Assembly (NCBI GenBank): GCA_029252105.1
Contig: JAQXCA010000026.1
Span: 12,765-76,764 of the forward strand
DNA length: 64,000 nt
Reading direction: 5' to 3'
Source of the DNA: Flavobacteriaceae bacterium
GTDB taxonomy: Bacteria; Bacteroidota; Bacteroidia; Flavobacteriales; Flavobacteriaceae
In this document: one piece after another, positions 28,071 through 38,583 of the stretch
How positions within the stretch are numbered: the first letter of the stretch is position 1
Layout of the letters: each line of letters starts with the position of its first letter
Made by a program: the position numbers and the translations under genes
The notes under the pieces: generated by a model
Database searches by the model: none
Told to the model about the DNA's origin: nothing
Seen by the model: the letters and a program-made list of their open reading frames with translations, nothing else

Positions 28071-29249
28071 ATGGGGACCGAGATAAGTAAACGCTATGCC
28101 CAACGCGGTGTTTCAGCATCTAAAGAAGATGTTCATAAGGCAATTAAAAATATAGACAAAGGATTGTTTCCGCAAGCTTTTTGTAAAATTGTCCCCGATC
28201 ATTTAACAAATGATGAGAATTTTTGCCTCATCATGCATGCCGATGGTGCTGGAACAAAAAGTGCTTTAGCCTATATGTATTGGAAAGAAACTGGTGATAT
28301 TTCTGTTTGGAAAGGCATTGCTCAAGATGCACTTATCATGAATATAGACGACTTATTATGTGTAGGTGCTACTGATCATATCATGCTTTCATCAACAATA
28401 GGAAGAAATAAAAATGTTATTCCAGGTGAAGTGCTTTCAGCCATTATCAATGGTACGGAAGAACTTATAGAAGATCTTAAAGGCTTTGGCGTAACCATTC
28501 ATTCTACAGGTGGTGAAACTGCCGATGTAGGCGATTTGGTACGAACCATCATCGTCGATTCTACGGTGACTGCCAGAATGCCAAGACATCAAGTGATTGA
28601 TAATGCCAATATACAACCTGGCGATGTGATTGTTGGATTGGCCTCATATGGTCAAGCAACTTATGAAACGTCTTATAATGGCGGTATGGGAAGTAATGGA
28701 TTAACCTCTGCAAGACACGATGTATTTGAACACTATTTAGCAGATAAATATCCTGAAAGTTTTGATGCTGCAGTGCCTAAAGATTTAGTGTATTCTGGCC
28801 AAATGAAATTAACCGACGCTGTTGAAAATTCTCCAATTGATGCAGGGAAATTAGTACTGTCACCTACAAGAACATATGCGCCAATTATAAAAACAATTTT
28901 AGATTCGTATGATGCTCAATCAATTCATGGGATGGTACATTGTAGTGGAGGTGCACAAACCAAAATACTTCATTTTGTAGACCGTTTACACATTATAAAA
29001 GACCACATGTTTTCTGTGCCACCGCTTTTTAAATTGATACAAGAACAATCCAATACCGATTGGAAAGAAATGTACCAAGTTTTTAACTGTGGACATCGTA
29101 TGGAACTCTATGTAAAACCCGCTGTTGCAGAAGCTATTATATCCATCTCAAAATCATATAATGTCGAAGCTCAAATTATAGGACGAGTGGAAGCTGCAGA
29201 CACCAAAAAGCTAACCATTAAAAGTGAATTTGGAACCTTTGAATACTAG
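28071..29249 (+). CDS. purM: Phosphoribosylformylglycinamidine cyclo-ligase (AIR synthase, Bacteroidota type)
   Basis: Y..RGVS, HADGAGTK, GGETAD, SNGLTSARH, HCSGGA, EMYQVFNCG. Confidence 0.92.
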   Translation: MGTEISKRYAQRGVSASKEDVHKAIKNIDKGLFPQAFCKIVPDHLTNDENFCLIMHADGAGTKSALAYMYWKETGDISVWKGIAQDALIMNIDDLLCVGATDHIMLSSTIGRNKNVIPGEVLSAIINGTEELIEDLKGFGVTIHSTGGETADVGDLVRTIIVDSTVTARMPRHQVIDNANIQPGDVIVGLASYGQATYETSYNGGMGSNGLTSARHDVFEHYLADKYPESFDAAVPKDLVYSGQMKLTDAVENSPIDAGKLVLSPTRTYAPIIKTILDSYDAQSIHGMVHCSGGAQTKILHFVDRLHIIKDHMFSVPPLFKLIQEQSNTDWKEMYQVFNCGHRMELYVKPAVAEAIISISKSYNVEAQIIGRVEAADTKKLTIKSEFGTFEY

Positions 29250-29315
29250 AGGTTTTAATACACGACTCTGAATCCATAAAAAACAGTACTTTTACAACAT
29301 AATTCTCCAAAGTAA

Positions 29316-30392
29316 ATGTTAGAAAAAATACAAATAGTTAAGCAGCGTTTTGATGAAGTCAATGACTTAATCATTCAACCTGATATTATTTCAGATCAGA
29401 AACGCTATGTTCAGCTCAATAAAGAATATAAAGATTTAAAAACAATGGTCGATCTCGGTCTTGTTTATGAATCGTTAATGTCTAATATCGACGAAGCACA
29501 AGAGATTATTTCAGATGGAAGTGATGCAGAAATGGTAGAAATGGCCAAAATGCAAATGGATGAAGCCAAAGCGCAAATTCCTGCTATTGAAGAAGAAATG
29601 AAATTTCTTTTAATTCCAAAAGATCCTGATGATGCTAAAAATGTAGTGATCGAAATTCGTGCTGGAGCTGGTGGCGATGAAGCCAGTATTTTTGCAGGAG
29701 ATTTGCATCGAATGTATACAAAATATTGTGAATCTAAAGGCTGGAAAGTTGATGTTGTAGATTTTAATCACGGAACTTCAGGAGGGTTTAAAGAAGTTAT
29801 TTTTGAAGTTAGTGGTGAAGATGTATATGGAACTATGAAGTTTGAAGCTGGTGTTCACCGTGTGCAACGCGTACCGCAAACGGAAACACAAGGCCGTGTA
29901 CATACAAGTGCAGCTTCTGTTATTGTGTTGCCTGAAGCCGAAGAATTTGATGTTCAGCTCGATATGACGGAAGTCAGAATAGAACGTACAACCTCGACAG
30001 GACCTGGAGGACAATCAGTGAATACCACCTATTCAGCAATTAAACTACATCATGAGCCAACAGGTATGATTGTAAGTTGTCAAGATCAAAAATCATCTCA
30101 CAAAAATTTAGAAAAAGCACTTAAAGTATTAAGGTCACGTTTGTACGAAATGGAATTGGCTAAAAAACAAGCTGCAGATTCTGAGAAACGTATGAGTATG
30201 GTGTCTTCAGGAGATCGAAGTGCCAAAATTAGAACTTATAATTATCCGCAAGGAAGAGTTACAGAACACCGTATTGGATTGACATTATATGACCTGTCAA
30301 ACATTATTAATGGCGACATCCAGAAAATAATTAGTGAACTTATGATGGCCGAAAATACTGAAAAACTTAAAGCTGATAACGGTACAATATAA
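29316..30392 (+). CDS. prfA: Peptide chain release factor 1
   Basis: GGQ motif, PQT anticodon-mimic loop, [23 protein letters not shown]. Confidence 0.97.
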   Translation: MLEKIQIVKQRFDEVNDLIIQPDIISDQKRYVQLNKEYKDLKTMVDLGLVYESLMSNIDEAQEIISDGSDAEMVEMAKMQMDEAKAQIPAIEEEMKFLLIPKDPDDAKNVVIEIRAGAGGDEASIFAGDLHRMYTKYCESKGWKVDVVDFNHGTSGGFKEVIFEVSGEDVYGTMKFEAGVHRVQRVPQTETQGRVHTSAASVIVLPEAEEFDVQLDMTEVRIERTTSTGPGGQSVNTTYSAIKLHHEPTGMIVSCQDQKSSHKNLEKALKVLRSRLYEMELAKKQAADSEKRMSMVSSGDRSAKIRTYNYPQGRVTEHRIGLTLYDLSNIINGDIQKIISELMMAENTEKLKADNGTI

Positions 30393-30398
30393 TAGGAT

Positions 30399-31220
30399 AT
30401 GACGACTCAAGTACTTGTTTCAGAAATCAAAAAAAAACAATCCTTTCTTTGTATTGGACTTGATGTTGATTTGACGAAAATTCCTGCTCATTTACTTGAG
30501 TTAGACGATCCAATTTTTGAATTTAACAAAGCCATTATAAACGCCACACATCACTTATGTGTTGCTTACAAACCAAATATTGCATTTTATGAAGCCTATG
30601 GTTTAAATGGTTGGAAGTCTCTAGAAAAAACCATCACTTATCTAAACACTAACTATCCGGAAATTTTCACGATTGCAGATGCAAAACGTGGGGATATTGG
30701 AAATACAAGCGCCATGTATGCTAAGGCGTTTTTTGAGGATTTAGCCTTTGACAGTGTTACTGTTGCGCCCTATATGGGTAAAGATTCTATTGAACCCTTT
30801 CTAGAGTTTAAAGACAAGCATACCATTATGTTGGCCTTGACGTCTAACCAAGGTGCTTTTGATTTTCAGACGCTAACAACGGATGGGCAACCACTATATC
30901 AAACCGTTTTAGAAACGTCTAAAAACTGGAAAAATTCTGCAAATTTAATGTATGTTGTAGGGGCTACCAAAGCGACTTGTTTTTCTGAGATACGACATAT
31001 TGTTCCTGATAGTTTTTTATTGGTTCCCGGCGTTGGTGCACAAGGTGGAAGTTTGGCTGAAGTGTGTAAATATGGAATGAATTCTCAAATTGGACTTTTA
31101 GTAAATTCTTCTCGAGGAATTATTTATGCATCTAAGGGTTTAGATTTCGCATCGCATGCATCCAAAAAAGCGCAGGAGCTTCAATTGGAAATGGCAGATT
31201 TGATGTCTGGAATTTTATAA
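30399..31220 (+). CDS. pyrF: Orotidine-5'-phosphate decarboxylase
   Basis: [34 protein letters not shown]. Confidence 0.96.
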   Translation: MTTQVLVSEIKKKQSFLCIGLDVDLTKIPAHLLELDDPIFEFNKAIINATHHLCVAYKPNIAFYEAYGLNGWKSLEKTITYLNTNYPEIFTIADAKRGDIGNTSAMYAKAFFEDLAFDSVTVAPYMGKDSIEPFLEFKDKHTIMLALTSNQGAFDFQTLTTDGQPLYQTVLETSKNWKNSANLMYVVGATKATCFSEIRHIVPDSFLLVPGVGAQGGSLAEVCKYGMNSQIGLLVNSSRGIIYASKGLDFASHASKKAQELQLEMADLMSGIL

Positions 31221-31228
31221 ACTTCCCC

Positions 31229-31621
31229 CTAAATTGTCAGCATCCAGTTTTTCTGAAGTTTTTTAAATTTTCGAAGTTCTTTATTAAGGATTGATATAAA
31301 TTCACGTCCATCACTATCGCATTTTTCTAAACGTCTAAAATTGATAAACAAGCGACTTGTGAGCCATTTTAGTGTTTCGGCATGTTTGTGTTTTTGTTCG
31401 GAAAACGGTTCTTGTTGCGCTTTGATGATTTCAGGGGCTAAGCAGTCGGATTGGCGAATAATGTCTCCAGAGAAATAGATGTTTGAATCTTCCTGCCCAT
31501 TTGGTTTTAAGCCAGACAGATCAGCTTTTAAATAGTTTGAAACTAGTTTAGAAAGCGATCCTATTTCTACTGCTTTTTTATAAAAGTCAGCATGTAATTC
31601 TGAAGGACTTTGAAATGTCAT
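31229..31621 (-). CDS. Conserved hypothetical helical protein
   Basis: 130-aa ORF filling the gap, divergent from the Lrp gene; resembles a four-helix-bundle protein. Confidence 0.7.
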   Translation of the reverse strand: MTFQSPSELHADFYKKAVEIGSLSKLVSNYLKADLSGLKPNGQEDSNIYFSGDIIRQSDCLAPEIIKAQQEPFSEQKHKHAETLKWLTSRLFINFRRLEKCDSDGREFISILNKELRKFKKLQKNWMLTI

Positions 31622-31739
31622 GACTTAATCTGTAATTACTTCAAAATTAAAACAAAAAATAAAATATTGTGTTTAAAAATTAAAGATATATTTAGATATT
31701 TCTTTCATTTTTAATATATTTATGTAAAATACATTAAAA

Positions 31740-32180
31740 ATGAAACTAGATAAATTACATTCTAAAATTCTAGAACACCTTCAGCGTAATGCTCGAATCT
31801 CAAATACAGCAATCGCAAAGGAAGTTGGGATTTCATCTCCAGCAGTTACAGAACGCATAAAAAAATTAGAAGATGCCGGTATCATTGAAGGGTATTATGC
31901 AAAGGTATCTCATAATGAGTTGGGCTATGACTTTAGAGCATTAATTACTGTTCGTGCATTTGTGGGGCGTTTGCAGCCATTTTTGCATAAAGTTAAAACC
32001 TTAGATGAGGTTATCAATTGTTACCGCATTACTGGAAATGAAAACATTGTAATGGAAGTTGTACTTCAAAATCAACGCCATCTCGAAAAACTTATTGATC
32101 AACTGATTACGTATGGCGAAACGAAAACTCAGATTATTCTATCAAATGCGGTGTCAAATCAACCTATATTAAAAAAGTAA
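31740..32180 (+). CDS. Lrp/AsnC family transcriptional regulator
   Basis: LQRNARIS...IAKEVGISSPAVTERIKKLEDAGIIEGY; C-terminal CYRITG. Confidence 0.95.
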   Translation: MKLDKLHSKILEHLQRNARISNTAIAKEVGISSPAVTERIKKLEDAGIIEGYYAKVSHNELGYDFRALITVRAFVGRLQPFLHKVKTLDEVINCYRITGNENIVMEVVLQNQRHLEKLIDQLITYGETKTQIILSNAVSNQPILKK

Positions 32181-32219
32181 TTATATTTATATACTAATAA
32201 CACATAAAATTACACCCAA

Positions 32220-32831
32220 ATGAACACGAACTCTATCTTTTACAGCGTATTAGTCTTCTTATTTTTTATGGGTTGTCAATCTCAAAAACGCCCTATAAAA
32301 TCAAAATCCGAATTTCAAGCTCAACAAAATAGTTTTTTTAAAGACGCTTCTAAATCCCCTTTGAAATCCAAAGATTTGAAAGTGTTTGAAGGCCTTGATT
32401 TTTTTCCTATTGATTCACTTTTTGTTGTAAAAGCGCAGTTAATGCGCACTCCAGACTCTTCTTTTTTTGAGATGAAAACAACCACCGATCGAGTGACTAA
32501 AGAGCGCGTTTTTGGCGTTTTATCGTTTACGATTTCTGATTTAATTTATAAACTAAATGTATATCAGGGGAAACCAGATTCGGATTCCGAAGTTGATTCT
32601 GATTATTTATTTCTACCTTTTTTGGATGCAACGAATGGTGAGACGACTTATGGTGGTGGTCGCTATATCGATTTAAGTATTCCTGAAGGTAATCAGATAA
32701 TGATAGATTTTAATTCGTCCTATAACCCGTACTGTGCCTATAATGAAAAGTACTCATGTCCAATTGTGCCACGAGAAAATTATGTGCCTTTAGAAATTAA
32801 GGCTGGTGTCAAGCGCTTTAAAAAACATTAA
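32220..32831 (+). CDS. DUF1684 lipoprotein
   Basis: Lipobox FMGC, LFLPFLDATNG..TYGGGRY, DFN..YNPYCAY..YSCP. Confidence 0.9.
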   Translation: MNTNSIFYSVLVFLFFMGCQSQKRPIKSKSEFQAQQNSFFKDASKSPLKSKDLKVFEGLDFFPIDSLFVVKAQLMRTPDSSFFEMKTTTDRVTKERVFGVLSFTISDLIYKLNVYQGKPDSDSEVDSDYLFLPFLDATNGETTYGGGRYIDLSIPEGNQIMIDFNSSYNPYCAYNEKYSCPIVPRENYVPLEIKAGVKRFKKH

Positions 32832-33199
32832 AAACTTTTAGAGATAAAAAGACCTAAAAAGACGGCCATAATTCCAACACCTATTGATCCCAGCGTATAA
32901 ATAAAGAAATTTGTTAAATCGCCTTCTTTTAAAAACACTTGATTTTCATAAGCAAAGGCTGAAAACGTTGTGAATCCACCACAAAACCCTGTAATTAATA
33001 ACAAGGTTTGATTTTCAGAAAAACTACTGTTTTTTAGGACAATTCCCATAAATATTCCGATTAATAAGCTGCCAATAACATTTACAGAAAAGGTGCCCCA
33101 TGGGAATCCCGAGGACACAGTTTTTAAAAACGTTCCAACCACATAGCGTAATGCACTTCCAACGCCTCCACCTACAAAGACCAATAAAACCTGTTTCAT
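32828..33199 (-). CDS. crcB: Fluoride efflux channel Fluc/CrcB
   Basis: GG..G...RY, FPWGT..VN..G, GFCGGFTTFSAF. Confidence 0.96.
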   Translation of the reverse strand: MKQVLLVFVGGGVGSALRYVVGTFLKTVSSGFPWGTFSVNVIGSLLIGIFMGIVLKNSSFSENQTLLLITGFCGGFTTFSAFAYENQVFLKEGDLTNFFIYTLGSIGVGIMAVFLGLFISKSF

Positions 33200-33339
33200 A
33201 TGTTTATATGTAATGTTTTTTGCTAAATTAAAAATAGATTTCTTAGAAACGACATAAAATGATTTTTATTAGTCAATGAAAATACATTACATTCGTAGAA
33301 ATTTGAATAACTATTAGAACAAACTAAAAACTCAAACTC

Positions 33340-35394
33340 ATGAAACTATTTTCAAAAATTGCATTGGGCTCCATTATTTTAGCTCAATTTTTTTGGTCTT
33401 GTAAAACTGAGAATAACTCAGACACTGCAAAGCATTCCAATTTCATCACGGTAAGTGCTGAAGAAAATTTCCCTGTTATGGTCGAGCAATTTGCCGACGT
33501 TAAAGTTTTGCGTTATCAAATCCCAGGTTGGGAAAATTTAACCTTAAAAGAACAAAAACTGGTTTATTATTTGACAAAAGCAGGCTTGTCGGGTCGTGAT
33601 ATTATGTGGGATCAAAATTATCGCCATAATTTAACTATTCGTACAGCTCTAGAAAATGTATATGTCAACTTTGAAGGCGATAAATCCACTACGGATTGGA
33701 TGGCTTTTGAAGTCTATCTTAAACGCATTTGGTTTAGTAATGGAATTCATCACCACTACAGCAATGCGAAAATCGTTCCTGATTTTTCTTCAGAGTATTT
33801 GACCGCAATTTTAGCAGCCACAAACACCGTTTTGGAAGGCAAAGCTTTTGATGTGATCTTTAATGCTGAGGATGCTAAAAAAGTAAACCAAGCTAAAGAT
33901 GTTGACAATGTTGCAGCATCAGCCGTAAACTTTTATGGCCCAGGCGTCACTAATGCAGATGTTGAATCTTTTTATTCAAAACTCAGTTCTCCAGACCCCA
34001 AAAAACCGTTGTCTTATGGTTTGAACTCTCAGCTTGTAAAAGTCAATGGCGTATTACAAGAACGTGTGTATAAATCAGGCGGGCTCTACGGCGAAGCAAT
34101 TGATGAAATTGTAAAGTGGCTAACATTGGCCAAAGACGTTGCTGAAAATCAAGCACAAGGCGATGCCTTAGGGTTATTAATTCAATATTACAATACAGGA
34201 GATTTACAAACTTGGGACGATTACAATGTGGCATGGACTGCAGCAACTGAAGGGAATATCGATTATATCAATAGTTTTATTGAAGTGTATAATGATCCGT
34301 TAGGCTATAGAGGTTCTTATGAAACGATTGTTCAAATTAAGGATTTTGATATGTCGGCCAAAATGGCGGTTCTTTCTGAAAATGCCCAATGGTTTGAGGA
34401 CAATTCTCCATTACTTCCAGAGCATAAAAAGAAAAATGTTGTGGGCGTTAGTTATAAAACAGTGAATGTTGCTGGTGAAGCTGGAGATGCGTCGCCAACA
34501 ACTCCAATTGGGGTAAACTTGCCTAATGCAAACTGGATACGTGCTGCGGTTGGGAGTAAGTCAGTCTCTTTAGGGAATATTACAAATGCGCATAACAATT
34601 CTGGTAGCTCTGGACGACTTAAAGAATTTGTTCACGATGATAAAGAGTATGAGCTTGAAATAAAATATGGTCAGTCAGCAGATAAGCTACACACGGCACT
34701 TCATGAAGTGGTGGGGCATGCGTCTGGACAATTAAATCCAGGCGTAGGTGAAACCAAAGAAACTTTGAAAAATTATGCTTCTACTCTGGAGGAAGGCCGT
34801 GCCGATTTGGTTGGATTGTATTATTCATATGATTCAAAAATACAGGAATTAGGATTGGTCGACGATTGGAAATCAAATGGAACAGCTGCTTTTGATGGCT
34901 ATATTAGAAATGGATTAATGACTCAACTCATTCGATTAAATTTAGGAGATGATGTTGAAGAAGCCCATATGAGAAACCGTCAATGGGTGAGTGCATGGGT
35001 TTACGAAAAAGGGCTTAAAGATAATGTAATCGAAAAAGTAACACGTGATGGAAAAACGTATTTCAATATTAATGATTATGAAAAATTACATGATTTATTT
35101 GGGCAGTTGCTTCGTGAAACGCAACGTATTAAATCTGAAGGTGATTTTGCAGCAGTACAGGCTTTAGTAGAAAATTATGGCGTTAAAGTTGACCAAGTGA
35201 CTCACGCTAATGTTCTGGAACGTAATAAGCAATTTACATCTGCGCCTTATAGTGGGTTTGTAAACCCCGTATTGGTACCACAAACAGATGTTAATGGAGA
35301 AATCACTTCAATTGAAGTCAACTATGTAGAAAGTTTTGTAGGTCAGATGTTGTATTACTCTGATACTTATAACTTTTTGCCAGAAGTAAACTAA
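33340..35394 (+). CDS. Dipeptidyl-peptidase III (M49), lipoprotein
   Basis: Hexapeptide zinc motif HEVVGH, EEGRAD, PIGVNLPN, EEAHMRNR; N-terminal WSC lipobox. Confidence 0.9.
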   Translation: MKLFSKIALGSIILAQFFWSCKTENNSDTAKHSNFITVSAEENFPVMVEQFADVKVLRYQIPGWENLTLKEQKLVYYLTKAGLSGRDIMWDQNYRHNLTIRTALENVYVNFEGDKSTTDWMAFEVYLKRIWFSNGIHHHYSNAKIVPDFSSEYLTAILAATNTVLEGKAFDVIFNAEDAKKVNQAKDVDNVAASAVNFYGPGVTNADVESFYSKLSSPDPKKPLSYGLNSQLVKVNGVLQERVYKSGGLYGEAIDEIVKWLTLAKDVAENQAQGDALGLLIQYYNTGDLQTWDDYNVAWTAATEGNIDYINSFIEVYNDPLGYRGSYETIVQIKDFDMSAKMAVLSENAQWFEDNSPLLPEHKKKNVVGVSYKTVNVAGEAGDASPTTPIGVNLPNANWIRAAVGSKSVSLGNITNAHNNSGSSGRLKEFVHDDKEYELEIKYGQSADKLHTALHEVVGHASGQLNPGVGETKETLKNYASTLEEGRADLVGLYYSYDSKIQELGLVDDWKSNGTAAFDGYIRNGLMTQLIRLNLGDDVEEAHMRNRQWVSAWVYEKGLKDNVIEKVTRDGKTYFNINDYEKLHDLFGQLLRETQRIKSEGDFAAVQALVENYGVKVDQVTHANVLERNKQFTSAPYSGFVNPVLVPQTDVNGEITSIEVNYVESFVGQMLYYSDTYNFLPEVN

Positions 35395-35417
35395 GCGTAT
35401 TTAATTCAATAGTATTT

Positions 35418-35453
35418 AAAAGTCACTTATCTCAAAAGGTAAGTGGCTTTTTT
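35418..35453. terminator. Bidirectional intrinsic terminator between convergent genes
   Basis: AAAAGTCACTTATCT-CAAA-AGGTAAGTGGCTTTT hairpin with G-U pairs. Confidence 0.75.
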
Positions 35454-35640
35454 AGTACCCTAAAAGGAATTTAATAGCAGCAATACCAGTTATAAAACCA
35501 ATAAAAACCAATAGTACCCATAAACTGCCTTTGTAATATTTTTGATGAAGATTAAAATCTTTGCGGTAGGCATAGATAATAGTACCACTAAAAACAATGG
35601 CAAAGATAATTCCGAAAGTTAGTTGTCCTTGACTGAACAT
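35452..35640 (-). CDS. Small conserved 2-TM membrane protein
   Basis: MFSQGQL..YRKD..LH.KYYKGS.W pattern with two hydrophobic segments. Confidence 0.75.
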   Translation of the reverse strand: MFSQGQLTFGIIFAIVFSGTIIYAYRKDFNLHQKYYKGSLWVLLVFIGFITGIAAIKFLLGY

Positions 35641-35752
35641 AATTATGTATTTTTAGGCTTGTAAATGACGTCAAATTTATAAAAAATTATAAGAACCACA
35701 GCATGTTTATACCCACTTCTTTGTTGGAGATAAATATGCATAAACCTCCAGT

Positions 35753-36139
35753 ATGAAAACAAAAATAAAAGCAGTTCAACAATTTCACGATGCCTTTAAA
35801 ATTGGTTATAGAACCTCTTTAAAAGCCGATTTAGGTATTTCTAAAAACACACTTCGTTTCGATTTAATGAAAGAAGAAAATGAAGAATATTTAGAAGCTG
35901 CGAATAACAATGATATGGTTGAAGTTGCCGATGCCTTAGGCGATATGCTTTATATTCTTTGTGGGACTATTATAGAGCATGGAATGCAAGACAAAATAGA
36001 AACTGTTTTTGAAGAAATTCAGCGCAGCAATATGAGCAAGTTAGGCGATGATGGTCAGCCTATTTACAGAGAAGACGGTAAAGTATTGAAAGGACCTAAT
36101 TATTTTAAACCCAATATTAAAGATATTTTAGAATCCTAA
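35753..36139 (+). CDS. NTP pyrophosphohydrolase (MazG/PRA-PH-like)
   Basis: EENEEYLEA, EVADALGD, F.EI..SNMSK, REDGKVLKG. Confidence 0.88.
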   Translation: MKTKIKAVQQFHDAFKIGYRTSLKADLGISKNTLRFDLMKEENEEYLEAANNNDMVEVADALGDMLYILCGTIIEHGMQDKIETVFEEIQRSNMSKLGDDGQPIYREDGKVLKGPNYFKPNIKDILES

Positions 36140-36142
36140 GAT

Positions 36143-37195
36143 CTACACATCAACAGTCCAACCAAAAACATCTTTAGCCTTGTTCGTTTGAATGTCAACG
36201 ATACGTTGTTTTAATTGTAACGCAACAGGGTTTTCAAGTTCTGGCAAATCATAATCGGTATCTTTAAAACCAAATGTGGCAATCGGAGAAATAACAGCTG
36301 CAGTTCCTGCACCAAACATTTCTTTCAGGCTTCCGTTTTTAGAGGCTTCGACAATTTCGGAGACTGTAAATTTTCGGACTTCAACTTTAATACCTTCATC
36401 TTTGGCGATGTCTAAAATGCTTTTTCTGGTAATGCCATCTAAGATTCGATCACTAGTAGGGCCAGTAATAAGAGTATCATTAATACGAACAAAGATGTTC
36501 ATTGCTCCAGCTTCTTCGATATATTCATGTGTATTGTCATCGGTCCAAATCACTTGGTGATAGCCTTTGTCAATAGCGAGTTGAGTAGGATAAAACTGTC
36601 CAGCATAGTTACCCCCAGCTTTAGCAAATCCAACGCCTCCATTAGCTGAACGCGAGTAATTTTGTTCAATTAAAACCTTTACTTTTCCTGCAAAATAAGC
36701 CCCTGATGGTGCTGTACAAATTATAAACTTGTAGGCATCTGCAGGTGAGGCATGGAATCCTTCTCCTGTAGCAAATATAATGGGTCTGATATATAGCGAA
36801 CTCCCATCTTGTGTAGGAATCCATTGTTCATCGACTTTAAGTAATGCTTTTAGACCTTCCATGAATACTGCTTCAGGCAGTTCAGGAATTGACAGCCGTT
36901 TGGCTGAAATATTAAAACGTTTAAAATTTTCATCAGGACGAAATAACCACGTCTTTTTAGCTGCATCTTTATAGGCTTTCATGCCTTCAAATATCGACTG
37001 TCCATAGTGGAAAATCTTTGCAGAAGGCATAAGAGAAATGGGTTCAAAAGGTATAATTTTAGGGGTACCCCAAGCACCATCTTTGTAGTCACAGACTAAC
37101 ATATGGTCAGAAAAAACAGAACCAAATCCGAGGTTTTTAAAATCAATACTATCAATTTTTGATTGCGTTGTTCGGGTTACTTTTAATGTACTCAT
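36143..37195 (-). CDS. ilvE: Branched-chain amino acid aminotransferase
   Basis: HYGQSIFEGMKAY, LYIRP, AKAGGNY, EEAGAMN, ILDGITRKS, GTAAVISP. Confidence 0.95.
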   Translation of the reverse strand: MSTLKVTRTTQSKIDSIDFKNLGFGSVFSDHMLVCDYKDGAWGTPKIIPFEPISLMPSAKIFHYGQSIFEGMKAYKDAAKKTWLFRPDENFKRFNISAKRLSIPELPEAVFMEGLKALLKVDEQWIPTQDGSSLYIRPIIFATGEGFHASPADAYKFIICTAPSGAYFAGKVKVLIEQNYSRSANGGVGFAKAGGNYAGQFYPTQLAIDKGYHQVIWTDDNTHEYIEEAGAMNIFVRINDTLITGPTSDRILDGITRKSILDIAKDEGIKVEVRKFTVSEIVEASKNGSLKEMFGAGTAAVISPIATFGFKDTDYDLPELENPVALQLKQRIVDIQTNKAKDVFGWTVDV

Positions 37196-37303
37196 TTGTT
37201 AATTTTTAACTTTAGGTATTTACAAATTTACAGAAATAAATGTTTCGACAATATCAATCTTCTAAAACTTCTTATATTTATGCGTTATTTAAAATTTATT
37301 CCC

Positions 37304-37801
37304 ATGAAAAATACTGTTTATACACTTTTAGCAATCATCTCCATATATTCATGTAAGCAAAAGGTGCAGCCCGCACAGTCTCCAGTTAAAGTTGGCTCAA
37401 TAGTTTATGAATCTTATGGTGCACCTTTAGATGCGCAATCGGTTCGTTCTATGAGTAACTTAGTATCCTCATTATCCACAATGCGCCAAACTGACACGAT
37501 ATTTGCGAAAGTTGAGGGTACAATTAAATCCATCTGTGCTAAAAAAGGCTGCTGGATGACTCTTGAAACTGCATCTGAAAAAGATATGATGGTAAGTTTT
37601 AAAGATTATGGATTTTTTATGCCACTAGATGCAAAAGGAACTGTTATTGTTGATGGTAAAGCTTATGTCTCTGAAACTTCAGTAGAGGATTTAAAACATT
37701 ATGCAGAAGATGCAGGGGCTTCAGAAGAAGAGATTGAAGCCATTGTAAGCCCAAAAATCTCCTACAGTTTTGAAGCTGAAGGCGTACTCTTAGCAAACTA
37801 A
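37304..37801 (+). CDS. DUF4920 lipoprotein
   Basis: Start reassigned to MKNTVY (ATG 37304) with YSC lipobox; C.KKGCWM, FKDYGFFMP, LKHYAEDAG. Confidence 0.85.
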   Translation: MKNTVYTLLAIISIYSCKQKVQPAQSPVKVGSIVYESYGAPLDAQSVRSMSNLVSSLSTMRQTDTIFAKVEGTIKSICAKKGCWMTLETASEKDMMVSFKDYGFFMPLDAKGTVIVDGKAYVSETSVEDLKHYAEDAGASEEEIEAIVSPKISYSFEAEGVLLAN

Positions 37802-37807
37802 TTACTC

Positions 37808-38482
37808 ATGAAACGCACAGTTATCACAACTTCAGATGGTTCAAAAACCATCCAAATTGAAGATTGGGACGAGCAGTACCATTCTATTCATGGTGCTATT
37901 CAAGAATCGCAACATGTGTTTATCAAAACAGGGCTCCATCATTTTTTAAAGCTATATCATCCCAAAAACCTCTCCATATTAGAAGTAGGATTTGGAACTG
38001 GGCTTAATGCTTTTTTGACGGCTTTAGAAGCTCAAACCCATGACCTTAAAATCCAGTACGACGGGGTAGAGGCGTATCCTGTTTTAGAGGATGAGCTTTC
38101 ACAATTAAATTACGCCACTTTAATTGATGCTGACCAACACCCTGTTTTTGAAGCCTTACATCAAACGCCTTGGGCAAAATTACAGCCCATAAGTGCTCAT
38201 TTTTTATTAAAAAAAAGACAACAATTTTTTGTTGAAATAGAGGATGAAAATACATTTGATCTTATTTATTTTGATGCTTTTGGTGCACGAGTTCAACCTG
38301 AATTATGGACAGAAGCTATTTTTAAACGGATGTTTAAGGCGCTAAAAAACAAGGGCGTTTTGGTTACTTATGCGGCCAAAGGTAGTGTACGTCGCGCCAT
38401 GCAGGCCGTTGGCTTTGTAGTTGAACGTTTAGAAGGTCCACCCGGAAAACGTGAGATGTTAAGAGCATCCAAGCCCGCTTAA
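37808..38482 (+). CDS. mnmD: tRNA mnm5s2U34 methyltransferase (MnmC N-terminal/MnmD-type)
   Basis: T.DGS.T, YHS.HGA..E..HVF, LEVGFGTGLN, YFDAF...QPELW, GPPGKREM. Confidence 0.9.
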   Translation: MKRTVITTSDGSKTIQIEDWDEQYHSIHGAIQESQHVFIKTGLHHFLKLYHPKNLSILEVGFGTGLNAFLTALEAQTHDLKIQYDGVEAYPVLEDELSQLNYATLIDADQHPVFEALHQTPWAKLQPISAHFLLKKRQQFFVEIEDENTFDLIYFDAFGARVQPELWTEAIFKRMFKALKNKGVLVTYAAKGSVRRAMQAVGFVVERLEGPPGKREMLRASKPA

Positions 38483-38583
38483 TTTTGTTAGTGTTATCCC
38501 AAAATAACAGAGAAGGAAGCCTAAAGTAATGTTAAACCTAACACAATTCAATTCTTTTCGAAGTTGTTATCACTAATTTTGTA

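Noticed and set aside
29316-30392. Programmed frameshift in release factor gene
   Set aside because: This is RF1 (PxT motif) with a continuous frame; the frameshift is a prfB feature.
33200-33339. Possible fluoride riboswitch upstream of crcB
   Set aside because: The leader is very AT-rich; no GGCGATGG-like core or pseudoknot stems are visible on the minus strand.
33340-35394. Unusual HEVVGH zinc motif
   Set aside because: The HExxGH hexapeptide is the normal M49/DPP III signature.
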